The notes under the pieces are model-generated. The model saw nothing but the letters and a program-made list of their open reading frames with translations, had not been told where the DNA came from and did not search any database. This document shows, one piece after another, positions 6,887-16,229 of a stretch of 25,610 bases of DNA. Positions within the stretch are counted from its first letter, which is position 1. Each line of letters opens with the position of its first letter. The position numbers were made by a program, and so were the translations under genes. The stretch is from a virus (lineage: Duplodnaviria > Caudoviricetes), in the IMG/VR virus record IMGVR_UViG_3300037420_001576, positions 1-25,610 of that record, one strand, 5' to 3'.

Positions 6887-7363
6887 ATGAGAAAAAAAAT
6901 TGAGATTGATCTAGTTGTTTTATCCAAGCTTTATGCACAGTACAAGTTTTCCACTACACGATTAGCTGATTTGTTTAATGTTTCCACAAAAACCATCCAA
7001 CGCAGACTGAATGAAGCAGGATTTGACCTTTTGAAAGCTCAAAATCGGGATGAATTTGGAAGATTATACTCCAAAGGTAGAACAGACCTAAAGCCCATGA
7101 ATGGTAGTTTTAATGGAATGTACAAAGGCGGAATTTCTACATACAGAAGAGATGCTTTTGAAGAGTTTGGCTTTGAAAAAGTATGCTTCCATTGCGAAAC
7201 AACAGAAGATATCGTTATTCATCATCTAGACCGAAATCGATACAACAACAGAAAATCCAATCTTCGCCCTGTATGTAGAAAATGCCATATGAACATCGAG
7301 CATCCGTACATTTTAGAAAATGCACGAGAAGCAAAACGGAAGAAGAGAGAAGAAGCGAATTAA
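6887..7363 (+). CDS. HNH endonuclease with N-terminal HTH (free-standing homing-endonuclease-like)
   Basis: STTRLADLFNVSTKTIQRRL (HTH), NGMYKGG, CFHC..IHHLDRNRYNN..SNL..CRKCH. Strong GAGGAGG RBS. Confidence 0.9.
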   Translation: MRKKIEIDLVVLSKLYAQYKFSTTRLADLFNVSTKTIQRRLNEAGFDLLKAQNRDEFGRLYSKGRTDLKPMNGSFNGMYKGGISTYRRDAFEEFGFEKVCFHCETTEDIVIHHLDRNRYNNRKSNLRPVCRKCHMNIEHPYILENAREAKRKKREEAN

Positions 7364-7683
7364 GCTTCTTCTTTTTTTGTCTTTTTAAACTCTTCGAACT
7401 CTGTTTTCAGTTCTTCATAATCTTTCTTTAGATCATCGAATTCAATTCGTAGCTTGTAGTTCTCTTCTTTCAAACGAAAGTTTTCTTCATCTGTAGCTTT
7501 CTTTTCTTCTTTTAGCTGCTTTAGCTCTTGCTTAATTTCCCCCATTTGTTGATACAAATTGTTTATAACTGTTTGATTTGTAACATTCTCTTCTTTTTTG
7601 CTTTTTAGACGAAAAGAAAGAATGCTTGTAATTGTTCCACCAACCGCTCCGCCTAAAAATGTTGCTAGTTGCCCCCAATCCAT
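7360..7683 (-). CDS. Lysis-module membrane protein (one TM plus coiled coil; holin or holin accessory)
   Basis: N-terminal TM helix, long coiled coil, located upstream of the endolysin. Confidence 0.65.
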   Translation of the reverse strand: MDWGQLATFLGGAVGGTITSILSFRLKSKKEENVTNQTVINNLYQQMGEIKQELKQLKEEKKATDEENFRLKEENYKLRIEFDDLKKDYEELKTEFEEFKKTKKEEA

Positions 7684-7697
7684 TTAATCAGCCCCTT

Positions 7698-7955
7698 TTA
7701 ATTTTGCGTATTTTCAGGCTGATTAGCTTCCTCAGGCTGAACTACTGTATCTACATTTTGTTTTTCTTCCGTAGCCTGCTTTTGCTCTAATTGCTTATGT
7801 TTGAATGCTGAATAAATCCCCATACCAGCTGAAACAAGCACTAATAGCGAATTGGCCATGTCGTCAGATAAAACATTTGACAAATCTTTATGAAAAATTA
7901 CTTGTGCTGCAAAGATAATTACTTGAAAAATCATTAGAATTGTTTGCTTACTCAT
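7698..7955 (-). CDS. Putative holin (two TM)
   Basis: Two hydrophobic helices, polar tail, lysis-module position. Confidence 0.65.
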   Translation of the reverse strand: MSKQTILMIFQVIIFAAQVIFHKDLSNVLSDDMANSLLVLVSAGMGIYSAFKHKQLEQKQATEEKQNVDTVVQPEEANQPENTQN

Positions 7956-7992
7956 TACAAATTCCCCCTTTTAGTTAGTTATAACTTTTTAT

Positions 7993-8922
7993 CTAGTTCA
8001 ATCGAGTTGCTCCAAAATTTACCCATGTTCCATATGTACCATCTAGCTGAACGTTCGCTGTATCTGTGTAAATTTGCAAATAACATTTATCCCCAGCTGA
8101 AAGCTTTACTTGAACGCAGCCTTGTAAACATTGCGATTTGGTAGTAGAACCTAAAACTGTTTCGCCCATACGTTTTGTGTCCTTTTGTGTTCCGCCTGAG
8201 TTGTTAATCAAAAGCTGAGCAGCAAGACCAGCCCCAGATGTTCCATTTGGATTTACCTTCATATACGAATAGAACTGATAGATTCCATCAGCAGCAGCCG
8301 TAAATACACTTGCTCCATCCCATTCATTTTTGTTATCCCAATCTTCTGCATTAAAGGTAACGTTTTGAAATGTTCCTGTAGTTGTTAGTGTTGTGATCAA
8401 GCTAGAACGAGAAGCACGGAAGCTTGAAACCTTTGTAGAATCCTCATAGCTAGGAGCTGGAGCGTTTCCTTTGTGTAATACTTCGTAATAGGTTGTTTTG
8501 TCTTTGCTGAATTTTAAAATCTGGTTTGCATTATCAAACATCAACGCCATAAAACCAGAATCTATGTAAAATCCAAAGTCAGATGTGCTGTTTGCATTCC
8601 AAAACAAACGAGCTACTTTTCCATCTGCTCTGGATACATCAAAATAAAGAGCAGGAGTACCTTTTTTAACATAGATATCATACGTAGAAGATACTTTAGA
8701 AGAATCTAACGTTATTCTATCTACTCCGCCTGCATCGGTGATTTTAAATACACTTCCCACGCTCTGGAGCGTAAACTTTGTAGTACCAGATTCTTTTAGC
8801 GTAATATGTCCTGAAGCTGTATCGATGTTTGTAGCCCCTGAGATTGTTCCGCCTGATTTATCAAATTTTAAAATTCTAAGCTGTTTTGTTTCGAGTAAAG
8901 CTAACATTGCTCTTAAGTCCAT
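7993..8922 (-). CDS. Receptor-binding/tail fibre protein with a C-terminal C1q/TNF-like domain
   Basis: SFRAS..VTFNAEDWDNKNEWDGASVFTAAADGIYQF..VKLSAGDK..L pattern, EVLHKGN fibre linker, last tail gene. Confidence 0.75.
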   Translation of the reverse strand: MDLRAMLALLETKQLRILKFDKSGGTISGATNIDTASGHITLKESGTTKFTLQSVGSVFKITDAGGVDRITLDSSKVSSTYDIYVKKGTPALYFDVSRADGKVARLFWNANSTSDFGFYIDSGFMALMFDNANQILKFSKDKTTYYEVLHKGNAPAPSYEDSTKVSSFRASRSSLITTLTTTGTFQNVTFNAEDWDNKNEWDGASVFTAAADGIYQFYSYMKVNPNGTSGAGLAAQLLINNSGGTQKDTKRMGETVLGSTTKSQCLQGCVQVKLSAGDKCYLQIYTDTANVQLDGTYGTWVNFGATRLN

Positions 8923-8934
8923 GCTTCCACCCCC

Positions 8935-9459
8935 TTAATTGTTATTTGAAGCTACTACTTGCGTAATTTCGTTGTTGCTTCCTCTTGTTATGGTTATGAG
9001 TGTTTTCATGATATACACAAGACCATCTACCATAAAATATTTGTTTGTTTGAGCTGTACCAAATTGGATTACACCAGTTCCTGTTAGCGTAAAAGATGAA
9101 TTTGGAACTTGTGAACCTGTTTCACGATACACAGCATAAGAAGAAGCTCCATCGACAAGCTTAATGTCAGGATTTGTGTAGTTTTTGTTTGTAGCATCAG
9201 GATAAAAAGGCGTTTTTGAGCAAGGAATACGAGCTTGCAGTTGAATCGTTAAAGGATCCCCTGCAGCATTTTTCGTAAGTACCGTAGCTGAAATCCCATT
9301 TCCAAAATCAATATTATCTCCTGAGTATGTTCCTGTTTGTGAGCTTGTCATTAAAAGCTCAGCTAGAATGCTATTGAAGTTTGTAGCATCTAGGATGTTA
9401 CCAGCAAAGCCTGAAGGAGCATCTTCACCGTAAAGCCGTTTTAAATTGCTATCTGCCAT
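8935..9459 (-). CDS. Tail-tip structural protein
   Basis: Beta-rich G/T/N composition; tail module position. Confidence 0.6.
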   Translation of the reverse strand: MADSNLKRLYGEDAPSGFAGNILDATNFNSILAELLMTSSQTGTYSGDNIDFGNGISATVLTKNAAGDPLTIQLQARIPCSKTPFYPDATNKNYTNPDIKLVDGASSYAVYRETGSQVPNSSFTLTGTGVIQFGTAQTNKYFMVDGLVYIMKTLITITRGSNNEITQVVASNNN

Positions 9460-9475
9460 CCCTTAAACCCCCCTT

Positions 9476-9925
9476 TTACGTTAATGTAATATCCCAACTA
9501 ATCGTTAGCGTCATTCCGCTGTTTTTATCTTCAGAAACCAATGCACGATTTAAAAGAACACCTGAATTGAGCGTTCCCCAAGATCCACCTGATACCAAAC
9601 CAAGCTCTTTCCAAACAAAATTGGCTTCGTTTGTTGCAATAAGGGTATCAATGACGATGCGATTTGAGCCGTAGATCGTAAAATCAGAAATTGGCTTTCT
9701 AAAGTTCTCTGCTCCAAGAGTTGCATCTGTAGGTGTTACAGGATTTGTTCCAGTACCAATACAAAGAAAGTCAATTTTACCGTAGCCAACAGGATTTCCA
9801 GCCCATTGATTGATTAAGCCTTTTTTTGAAACATCCAGAACGAGATTTTTATACTCTGCGATAAGCTTTTCTTTTTTGCCCTCGTAAATTCGGATGATTC
9901 CTGTAGCTTTTATGCTTTCATTCAT
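9476..9925 (-). CDS. Tail-tip/baseplate adaptor protein
   Basis: NLVLD..IGTGTNPVTPTDATLGAENFRK..EAN..WKELGL..NRAL..K..LTISW resembles tail-fibre-attachment N-terminal domains. Confidence 0.7.
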   Translation of the reverse strand: MNESIKATGIIRIYEGKKEKLIAEYKNLVLDVSKKGLINQWAGNPVGYGKIDFLCIGTGTNPVTPTDATLGAENFRKPISDFTIYGSNRIVIDTLIATNEANFVWKELGLVSGGSWGTLNSGVLLNRALVSEDKNSGMTLTISWDITLT

Positions 9926-11385
9926 TACAACACACCTCCCATAATGCCTTTGCCGATTACAAATCCGTTGTTTTTGTTTGTATAAATGGAAACAATGGAA
10001 TTTACTGCAATCGAATCCGATACTACTTCTAATTGTTGAACCGATTCGTTTTCTCCTTGTTTGGTTAAATCATTTATTTTATCGATAATGTTTTTTAATA
10101 CATCATCCAAACCTTTCTTTTGCTCAAATTTTAAATCAACCTTGATATCATTTGGCTTTAACGTCATGCTTTTTTCCGTTATTTGTAGCCATTCATTTAC
10201 AAAATCCCCTTCATCTAACGTGATTTGTACCTTTACGATTTCTCCACAGTTAAAATCATTTTTCCACGTAGAAAGTGAGCCTGAAAGAATTGGATAGGCA
10301 TATTTTTGCAGGTATTGCCTAGCTTTATCGATTAACGCATCTTTATCCGTAATATCAGGAAATTTAAGCACAACACCTCTCTCTTGAAATTGTTCGATGC
10401 TCGCTTTATCTGTTAGTTTTGCAATCAATGAAGATTCATAACGATAGGTAACTTGTACTGTATCCGTAGTAGCGAGTATCTTTTTTGAGTTATCTGCTTT
10501 ATTTACGAATTTGATGTTTTGGTTATTGTAGTTTACGATGCAATCAACGCCTGATTCAGTCAATCCTTGAATTCCGACAAGCTGATTAACGCCATTTAAG
10601 GTTACGGTAATGCTTCCTGAGCTTGAACTTCTAGGCTTATAGTTTAGAAGGTATACATCATTTGAACCATCGCCTTTTATGGTTTGTGTAACGTCAGGAG
10701 AGAGTGTAACACCGCCATAGATTGTTAAGCTATTTGCAAGTTGTGAGCCATCATAGCTAAACTTAGCTGATTTTACCAAGTAATCACCAAGACCGATTGT
10801 TTGGTTATTGGTTTTCGAGTTCATCGCATAAAAGTTAAATTTGTTCGTTAAATCTACATTAAAGGTATAGTTAATCGCTTCAGCAAGGCGTTCAAATGCT
10901 GTATATAAATATTGATCCTTGAACTTAATGGTGATAATGTAATCGACAGGCTGGATATAGCCCAAATCATAAAAGCTTATGGCGTATTTGTTGTATAAAT
11001 CTAGCACAATGTCTGAAATCTTCATGTTTTGATAGCTTTCATTTACGATGATGTTTTGTGAACGAGATAAAATATCAGCCCCTGCAATATCGAACGTTTT
11101 TTTTACCATATCTAAGCTTTTTGGATTGGATGTAACAAACCCATTAAAGATTAAATTATCATCCAAATTTTCGCCATATGGAGCTGAATAAACCGCTACT
11201 GATGTTCCTACACCGTATTTTTTTAAATCTGTTTCATCAAATACAGAAGCTTTCAGCGAGAAGGTATTTACTTTCGCTGATAAGCTATATTTGATCTTCA
11301 CTTCATCATAGCTTTTTAGCGTTAAAGATTCCCCGCTAGGAGAAGTTAAAACAACTTTTGTATTCTGATTCGCTACACTAGCCAT
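9925..11385 (-). CDS. Baseplate hub / Tal-like tail protein
   Basis: Directly follows the tape measure. FNGFV..DIAGAD..ESYQN..SDIV..L hub-like pattern. Confidence 0.7.
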   Translation of the reverse strand: MASVANQNTKVVLTSPSGESLTLKSYDEVKIKYSLSAKVNTFSLKASVFDETDLKKYGVGTSVAVYSAPYGENLDDNLIFNGFVTSNPKSLDMVKKTFDIAGADILSRSQNIIVNESYQNMKISDIVLDLYNKYAISFYDLGYIQPVDYIITIKFKDQYLYTAFERLAEAINYTFNVDLTNKFNFYAMNSKTNNQTIGLGDYLVKSAKFSYDGSQLANSLTIYGGVTLSPDVTQTIKGDGSNDVYLLNYKPRSSSSGSITVTLNGVNQLVGIQGLTESGVDCIVNYNNQNIKFVNKADNSKKILATTDTVQVTYRYESSLIAKLTDKASIEQFQERGVVLKFPDITDKDALIDKARQYLQKYAYPILSGSLSTWKNDFNCGEIVKVQITLDEGDFVNEWLQITEKSMTLKPNDIKVDLKFEQKKGLDDVLKNIIDKINDLTKQGENESVQQLEVVSDSIAVNSIVSIYTNKNNGFVIGKGIMGGVL

Positions 11386-13850
11386 TAAATAACCCCTCCC
11401 AACTTCGAATTAAGATTTGAAATAACACGAGCTTCAATGTGTTCTGCGAGTACATCAATTCCACCTTCAAGGCTTAGTTGTACTGCCATTGTTTGCTGCT
11501 GATTAGCTGTAACCATCGCTGAAGCTGTCATTGAAGCAGAAGCTAGAGCATCTTCAAGCTTTGGCTTATTGATTCCGATATCGATGTTTCCTGCATTAAA
11601 TCCTTCGATAGGATCTGTAACGTTTTTAAGCGTAGAAACAACGGAATCTTTTAGATGTTTTCCTGTATCCGTAATCCCGATTGCCAAACCTTGTCCAATA
11701 TAGCCCCCGTATTCCATCATTAGGCGAGATGGAGAATGAATGCCCATTAGGTCAGCAATTGCATCAGGTACATGCTCACGAACCCAAGAAACAACCTTAT
11801 CTTTTATCCAGCTTCCCAAGTTTTTGATCCCATTCCAAAGACCCTCTACAATGTTTGATCCGAACTCTGCCATTTTATGAGGAAGAGAGCCGAACCAATC
11901 AGAGATGCTAGACCAAAGCGAGCTAAAAGCTCCTGAGATGCTAGACCAAGCATTAGAAACTGCATTTTTTAATGTAGACCACATATTATCCCAAGATTGA
12001 ACTACAGAATTTTTGATTTTTTCGTATACGCCAGGAATCCAGCCAAACATTAAATCAAAAATTCCCTTCAAGAAATCCCACCCAGCGGATAGGATGTTTT
12101 TGATGAAATTCCAGATAGAATCCCAAATATTTTTTAAGCTTTCGCCCATTTTCGACCAATTTCCAGTAAATAATGCTGCAAAGAAATTGACTACGCCCAT
12201 AATAATGTCTAGAGCTGTCGAAAAAATGTTTTTAATAACCGTCCATACAGTATCTATAACTAACTTAACTGCTGGCATCACAAATTCGATTACGCCCTTG
12301 ATAAAATTGAATACATTGCTTACTGCATCCATGATCATTTTTCCATTTTCAGCCCAAAATTGATTGATTTTATAGAGCATATCGCCAATGAATTTTACAA
12401 TATCCTTTAGAATTGGCATGATGATTGGAGATAAAAGCCCCCAAGCCCATTGAATCGTCTCAACAAAACCTTTAAATAAAGCTTCTGCTATCGTAAGCAA
12501 GCTCTGAAAAGCAATTTTTACCTGTTCGATTATTTGTGTGATCCCTGTAGCAAAATCAGCACCGAAAGCCTGAGACATTTCAAATGTTCCTGACGATACA
12601 TTTCCAAACAAAACATCCAAAACCCCAATTAAACCATCGATTACAGAGCGAATGCTTTCAACACCTGTAGTTATTGCTGATCCTATTTCTGAACCAAACA
12701 CCGATTCTAATATAGAACCGCCTTTTTCAACATTTCCAAATAGAATATCAAAGACCGCCCCTACAACTTCAAACTCTCTTTGGATATTCTCAGCCCAAGC
12801 TGCAATGAACCCGCCTGCTCCGCTTCCAAATGTCTTTTCTAATACTTCTTGGCCTTTTGAAAAATTTCCTGATAGCACATCGGCCACCCCAGAAATGAAT
12901 ACTTTTAGATCCTTAAAGGCAATTCCTACCGCATTAATTGTTCCACTGAGAGAAGGGGGAAGCAATTCTTTGAATACTTCTGTCCACCCACCTTTAGTAA
13001 ATGCTGCTGAAACTTTATTGACCATATCAATTAATTGAGGAAGAACGCCTTTAATCATATTGAACACAGGCTCTGAAATCTGCCCTGCAAGCATGCCCAT
13101 GTTATCTTTTAGCGTACTCATCATCCCTGAGAAGGTTTTACTTTGCTTATCCATAGCCCCAGCGAATTTTGTACCCAACCCATCTACAAGCAAAGGAACG
13201 GCATCTTTTGCCAAGATTTTGCCTTGAGATGTCATGTTCATTAGCTCGGCTGTTGATTTTCCCATTTTTTGAGCTAATACATCCCAAACAGGTAGTCCTG
13301 CTTCTGCCATTTGCTGCATTTCTTCAGCAGAGAGCTTTCCTTTTGCTTGAATCTGTCCGATTGCTCTGGATACACTTTCAAGCATATCATCATTACCGCC
13401 TACAGCGGCTACTGCATCGCCTAGCTTTTGCATATAGGGCATAATGTCTTTGGATTGTGTGCCCATTGCAAGCAAGAGCTTTGCTGATTGCTGCAAACCA
13501 TTAAATTCAAATGGCGTATTTGCTCCGAATTTCTGCAAATCACTCATCATGGCTTTCGCTTTATCAGCACCGCCTAAAAGAACATCGAAAGCTTGGCTGG
13601 CTGTTTCTAATTCAGCGTTATAATGTACCCCGAATCCTACAACTGCTCCTTGAGCTAACCCTACAGCAGCTGTAGCTCCTGCTATTGCTAAGCCGAATGC
13701 TTTAGAAGCACCTTCAAGGATGTTAAAATGCGAGCTACCTTTATCAGCTGTTTGTTTAATTTCATTGCTGATCTGATTCATCCCTTGCCTAAGTCCAGTT
13801 ATATCCGCCTGAATCGAAACAATCAACTCTTCTATTGGTTGTCCTGCCAT
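11385..13850 (-). CDS. Tail tape measure protein
   Basis: 821 aa. NTPFE, GKLSAEEMQQMAEAGLP, QSKTFSGMMSTLKDN and W/F-periodic repeats. Confidence 0.95.
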   Translation of the reverse strand: MAGQPIEELIVSIQADITGLRQGMNQISNEIKQTADKGSSHFNILEGASKAFGLAIAGATAAVGLAQGAVVGFGVHYNAELETASQAFDVLLGGADKAKAMMSDLQKFGANTPFEFNGLQQSAKLLLAMGTQSKDIMPYMQKLGDAVAAVGGNDDMLESVSRAIGQIQAKGKLSAEEMQQMAEAGLPVWDVLAQKMGKSTAELMNMTSQGKILAKDAVPLLVDGLGTKFAGAMDKQSKTFSGMMSTLKDNMGMLAGQISEPVFNMIKGVLPQLIDMVNKVSAAFTKGGWTEVFKELLPPSLSGTINAVGIAFKDLKVFISGVADVLSGNFSKGQEVLEKTFGSGAGGFIAAWAENIQREFEVVGAVFDILFGNVEKGGSILESVFGSEIGSAITTGVESIRSVIDGLIGVLDVLFGNVSSGTFEMSQAFGADFATGITQIIEQVKIAFQSLLTIAEALFKGFVETIQWAWGLLSPIIMPILKDIVKFIGDMLYKINQFWAENGKMIMDAVSNVFNFIKGVIEFVMPAVKLVIDTVWTVIKNIFSTALDIIMGVVNFFAALFTGNWSKMGESLKNIWDSIWNFIKNILSAGWDFLKGIFDLMFGWIPGVYEKIKNSVVQSWDNMWSTLKNAVSNAWSSISGAFSSLWSSISDWFGSLPHKMAEFGSNIVEGLWNGIKNLGSWIKDKVVSWVREHVPDAIADLMGIHSPSRLMMEYGGYIGQGLAIGITDTGKHLKDSVVSTLKNVTDPIEGFNAGNIDIGINKPKLEDALASASMTASAMVTANQQQTMAVQLSLEGGIDVLAEHIEARVISNLNSKLGGVI

Positions 13851-13867
13851 ATGTTCCCTCCTTCCTT

Positions 13868-14011
13868 TTATTTACGATTAGATTCTTCTTGTCGTTTTGC
13901 TCTCTGCTCTGCTAGAGTTGTTAAACGTCTAATGGTTGTTTTTTTAAACTGCTGCTCCGTGTAGCCTAGCTCTGTAGCAATTTCAAACCAAAACGCCCAA
14001 TCAAAATCTAC
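13868..14011 (-). CDS. -1 frameshift extension of the tail assembly chaperone (gpGT-like)
   Basis: A AAA AAG slippery site at 14011-14017. The -1 frame reads VDFDWAFWFEIATELGYTEQQFKKTTIRRLTTLAEQRAKRQEESNRK and stops just before the tape measure RBS. Confidence 0.85.
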   Translation of the reverse strand, partial: VDFDWAFWFEIATELGYTEQQFKKTTIRRLTTLAEQRAKRQEESNRK

Positions 14012-14421
14012 TTTTTTTTATTTTGTTTTGCTTCCATTTCTTCTAATGCTTTACGATATTGCTCTGGAAGTTGCTTGGATTCTTTTGCTTTTTTGAAGAA
14101 GGCAGCAAAGGATTCAACGCAGGTAAGTTTTACTGCTAGAAAACATTCTGCATTGATGAGCTTTTTCATTGTGTTTTTAATTTCTTCATCTGTTAAATGT
14201 CCAAACTCTTCTTCGTGATGTGTTAAAAGGCATCCCCATAGAGCAAGCATCATGTTTTTTGTATTAAAATCCGTTTCAAACATTGCAAAAACAGCTTCAA
14301 TGTTTTGGTCTTTCTTATCTTCAAGTTCCATTAAGCTCTGAAAGCTAAACTCAAGCTTATAATTCTTGCCATCTGCTAATGTAATGTTTTTATCTGCAAA
14401 TAATTCTTTTCCTGTCGTCAT
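14008..14421 (-). CDS. Tail assembly chaperone (gpG-like)
   Basis: Lies between major tail and tape measure genes. YKLEFSFQSLMELED motif. Confidence 0.85.
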   Translation of the reverse strand: MTTGKELFADKNITLADGKNYKLEFSFQSLMELEDKKDQNIEAVFAMFETDFNTKNMMLALWGCLLTHHEEEFGHLTDEEIKNTMKKLINAECFLAVKLTCVESFAAFFKKAKESKQLPEQYRKALEEMEAKQNKKK

Positions 14422-14461
14422 AAAAACGCCCCCTTATGTAAAAAACAAAGAATTCCCTTAA

Positions 14462-14499
14462 AAATAACCCTTCCCCTTATTGATAAAGAGGAAGGGGTT
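14462..14499 (-). terminator. Terminator after the major tail gene
   Basis: AACCCCTTCCTCTT...AAGGGGAAGGGTT followed by U residues. Confidence 0.7.
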
Positions 14500-14513
14500 C
14501 ATCAAAATTTTAC

Positions 14514-15104
14514 TTACGCTCCGTACGTTGAATCAAAATCTGCCAAAGATGCAGGCGTTAACGTAGCATCTTCTTGAATCATATGCATTACGCCATCGAA
14601 ATCACGCTTCACAGCAGAAGCTGTAAGCTTAACGATTGCATAAGACAAGTTAGAGTTTGGAATTTCAACATCAGTAGCTTTTACTTTGGTTAGGATGATT
14701 TTTGTGTTCGAGCTTTCAACTACGCCAATCAACCCAAAGTATTGAGCTTGGTCAGAGCCTTTTGTTACGTATTTGCGGCTGATTACATTGCCTGTTCCAT
14801 CCGTTTTTTCAACGATTGTTCCAGCTTTAAGCATATGTAACTGATCTAGCGTTAAAATTCCATAATCACATTCTACATCAAAGCCTGAAGTAATCGAGCG
14901 TACATCTACCGTTCCATTATCTCCATCTAAGTTATAGGCTTTGGATTGTGATTTAATTTTCAAATCGGTTACACCCTCAAGGCGTACAAGTCCGATTGTA
15001 GAATCATACGTTGCTCCTGTTGCATCGTCTTTTGTAAGAACTGCGATGTACACTTTATCGATACCAAATTGAATCAATTTATTTCCGTTCATGTTTGTAG
15101 GCAT
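14514..15104 (-). CDS. Major tail protein (phi13-like)
   Basis: FGIDKVYIAVLTKDD...GDNG; size and synteny. Confidence 0.85.
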   Translation of the reverse strand: MPTNMNGNKLIQFGIDKVYIAVLTKDDATGATYDSTIGLVRLEGVTDLKIKSQSKAYNLDGDNGTVDVRSITSGFDVECDYGILTLDQLHMLKAGTIVEKTDGTGNVISRKYVTKGSDQAQYFGLIGVVESSNTKIILTKVKATDVEIPNSNLSYAIVKLTASAVKRDFDGVMHMIQEDATLTPASLADFDSTYGA

Positions 15105-15127
15105 TTATCAATTCCCCCTTTTAATTT

Positions 15128-15448
15128 TTACAACTCATAGATTTCAAAGCTTAATCTACTACCAAAAAGACCATCCCCAGAATTATCTGATTCACTTCTA
15201 AGAACAGCCTTATTACTCTTTAAAGCTGCTTTCACACTTGCTACCAAATCATCTATATCTGCTTCACCATATACATCAACCGTAAAGAAGATTGTAGAAG
15301 AATCCGAAAATGTATTATCGGCAAAGTATAGCGGCTGAGTAGATGTAACATAATAGACAATAACTGGATAACTTGTGTTATCTTCAGGAGCAGCTTCATA
15401 ATAGGTAGGAGCTAAGCTGTTCAAGACTGAATAGATAAGTTCTTTCAG
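15128..15448 (-). CDS. Tail terminator / tail completion protein (probable CTG start)
   Basis: AAP...YPVIVY...FTVDVY motifs. AAGGGGGAG RBS lies 6 nt upstream of the in-frame CTG at 15448. Confidence 0.75.
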   Translation of the reverse strand: MKELIYSVLNSLAPTYYEAAPEDNTSYPVIVYYVTSTQPLYFADNTFSDSSTIFFTVDVYGEADIDDLVASVKAALKSNKAVLRSESDNSGDGLFGSRLSFEIYEL

Positions 15449-15461
15449 AACAATCTCCCCC

Positions 15462-15929
15462 TTATCGTAATGCAGATGTAATGGCTCGTTTTACTGTGGA
15501 TTCAATCCATGATTTATTATCAAGCAATGCTTTTCTCATAAACGGATGAGGCTTAGTTCCGTGTTCATAGATTGCACGAGCTACTACAAAGCTAAGTTTT
15601 CTATCGCCTAGCTTTTTTTCTACCCATTTTTGAAACATTGGATCATGCCAATTTGGAAAACCTGACTTTGGCCTTCTACCAAATTCAATAACTGCTGCAT
15701 ATTTGGCATCGTTATAAATTTCGTATTTGAACTTTCCATTTGGCCTAATCTTTATATCTCTTGCTAAGTTTCCTGTAACCCCTTCAGGAGCATTATCGTT
15801 CGCTGCCCTCATTACTTTAGTAGCAGCTGTAGCTAATGCTTGTTCAACATTAGCTTCTACTTGCGAAAGCTTAGCTTGAATCTTTTTTTCTAGCTCTTTT
15901 GTTCGTTTCCATTCTACGATTATGCTCAT
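15462..15929 (-). CDS. HK97 gp10-family neck/tail protein
   Basis: NAP..TGNLARDI, YAAVIEFG, GTKPHPFMRKA. Confidence 0.9.
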   Translation of the reverse strand: MSIIVEWKRTKELEKKIQAKLSQVEANVEQALATAATKVMRAANDNAPEGVTGNLARDIKIRPNGKFKYEIYNDAKYAAVIEFGRRPKSGFPNWHDPMFQKWVEKKLGDRKLSFVVARAIYEHGTKPHPFMRKALLDNKSWIESTVKRAITSALR

Positions 15930-16229
15930 TTACATCAGCTCCAACGATAACGAATACAAACGAGGATATTCTTTCACTTGGATAACATGATACACGTTAC
16001 CTTTATAGCGTATATAGGAGTTAGTTATAACTTTTTCCCTTGTTTTCGTTTCGTAAAAGCTATTTTCTACAAAGCCTGCTTCTTTGCTTTGCGTTTGCTC
16101 CGAGATTGGCATGATGTAATCAGCATAGAATGTTTTGATCACTGAATAAGATGTTTGGCCTTTCAGCACATTTCCCTTAGCATCCTTAACGACAGTTTTC
16201 TCGACAAGTTCTAGCTGTATCTTGTTCAT
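15930..16229 (-). CDS. Head closure protein (SPP1 gp16-like)
   Basis: Synteny; DAKGN..IRYKGNVYHVIQV pattern. Confidence 0.65.
   Translation of the reverse strand: MNKIQLELVEKTVVKDAKGNVLKGQTSYSVIKTFYADYIMPISEQTQSKEAGFVENSFYETKTREKVITNSYIRYKGNVYHVIQVKEYPRLYSLSLELM

Noticed and set aside
6692-7400. Group I intron carrying the HNH
   Set aside because: Both flanking genes are intact, the HNH is antisense, and no P7 or other core intron elements were seen.
7993-8300. Diversity-generating retroelement target in the receptor-binding protein
   Set aside because: No reverse transcriptase and no template-repeat copy in the window.
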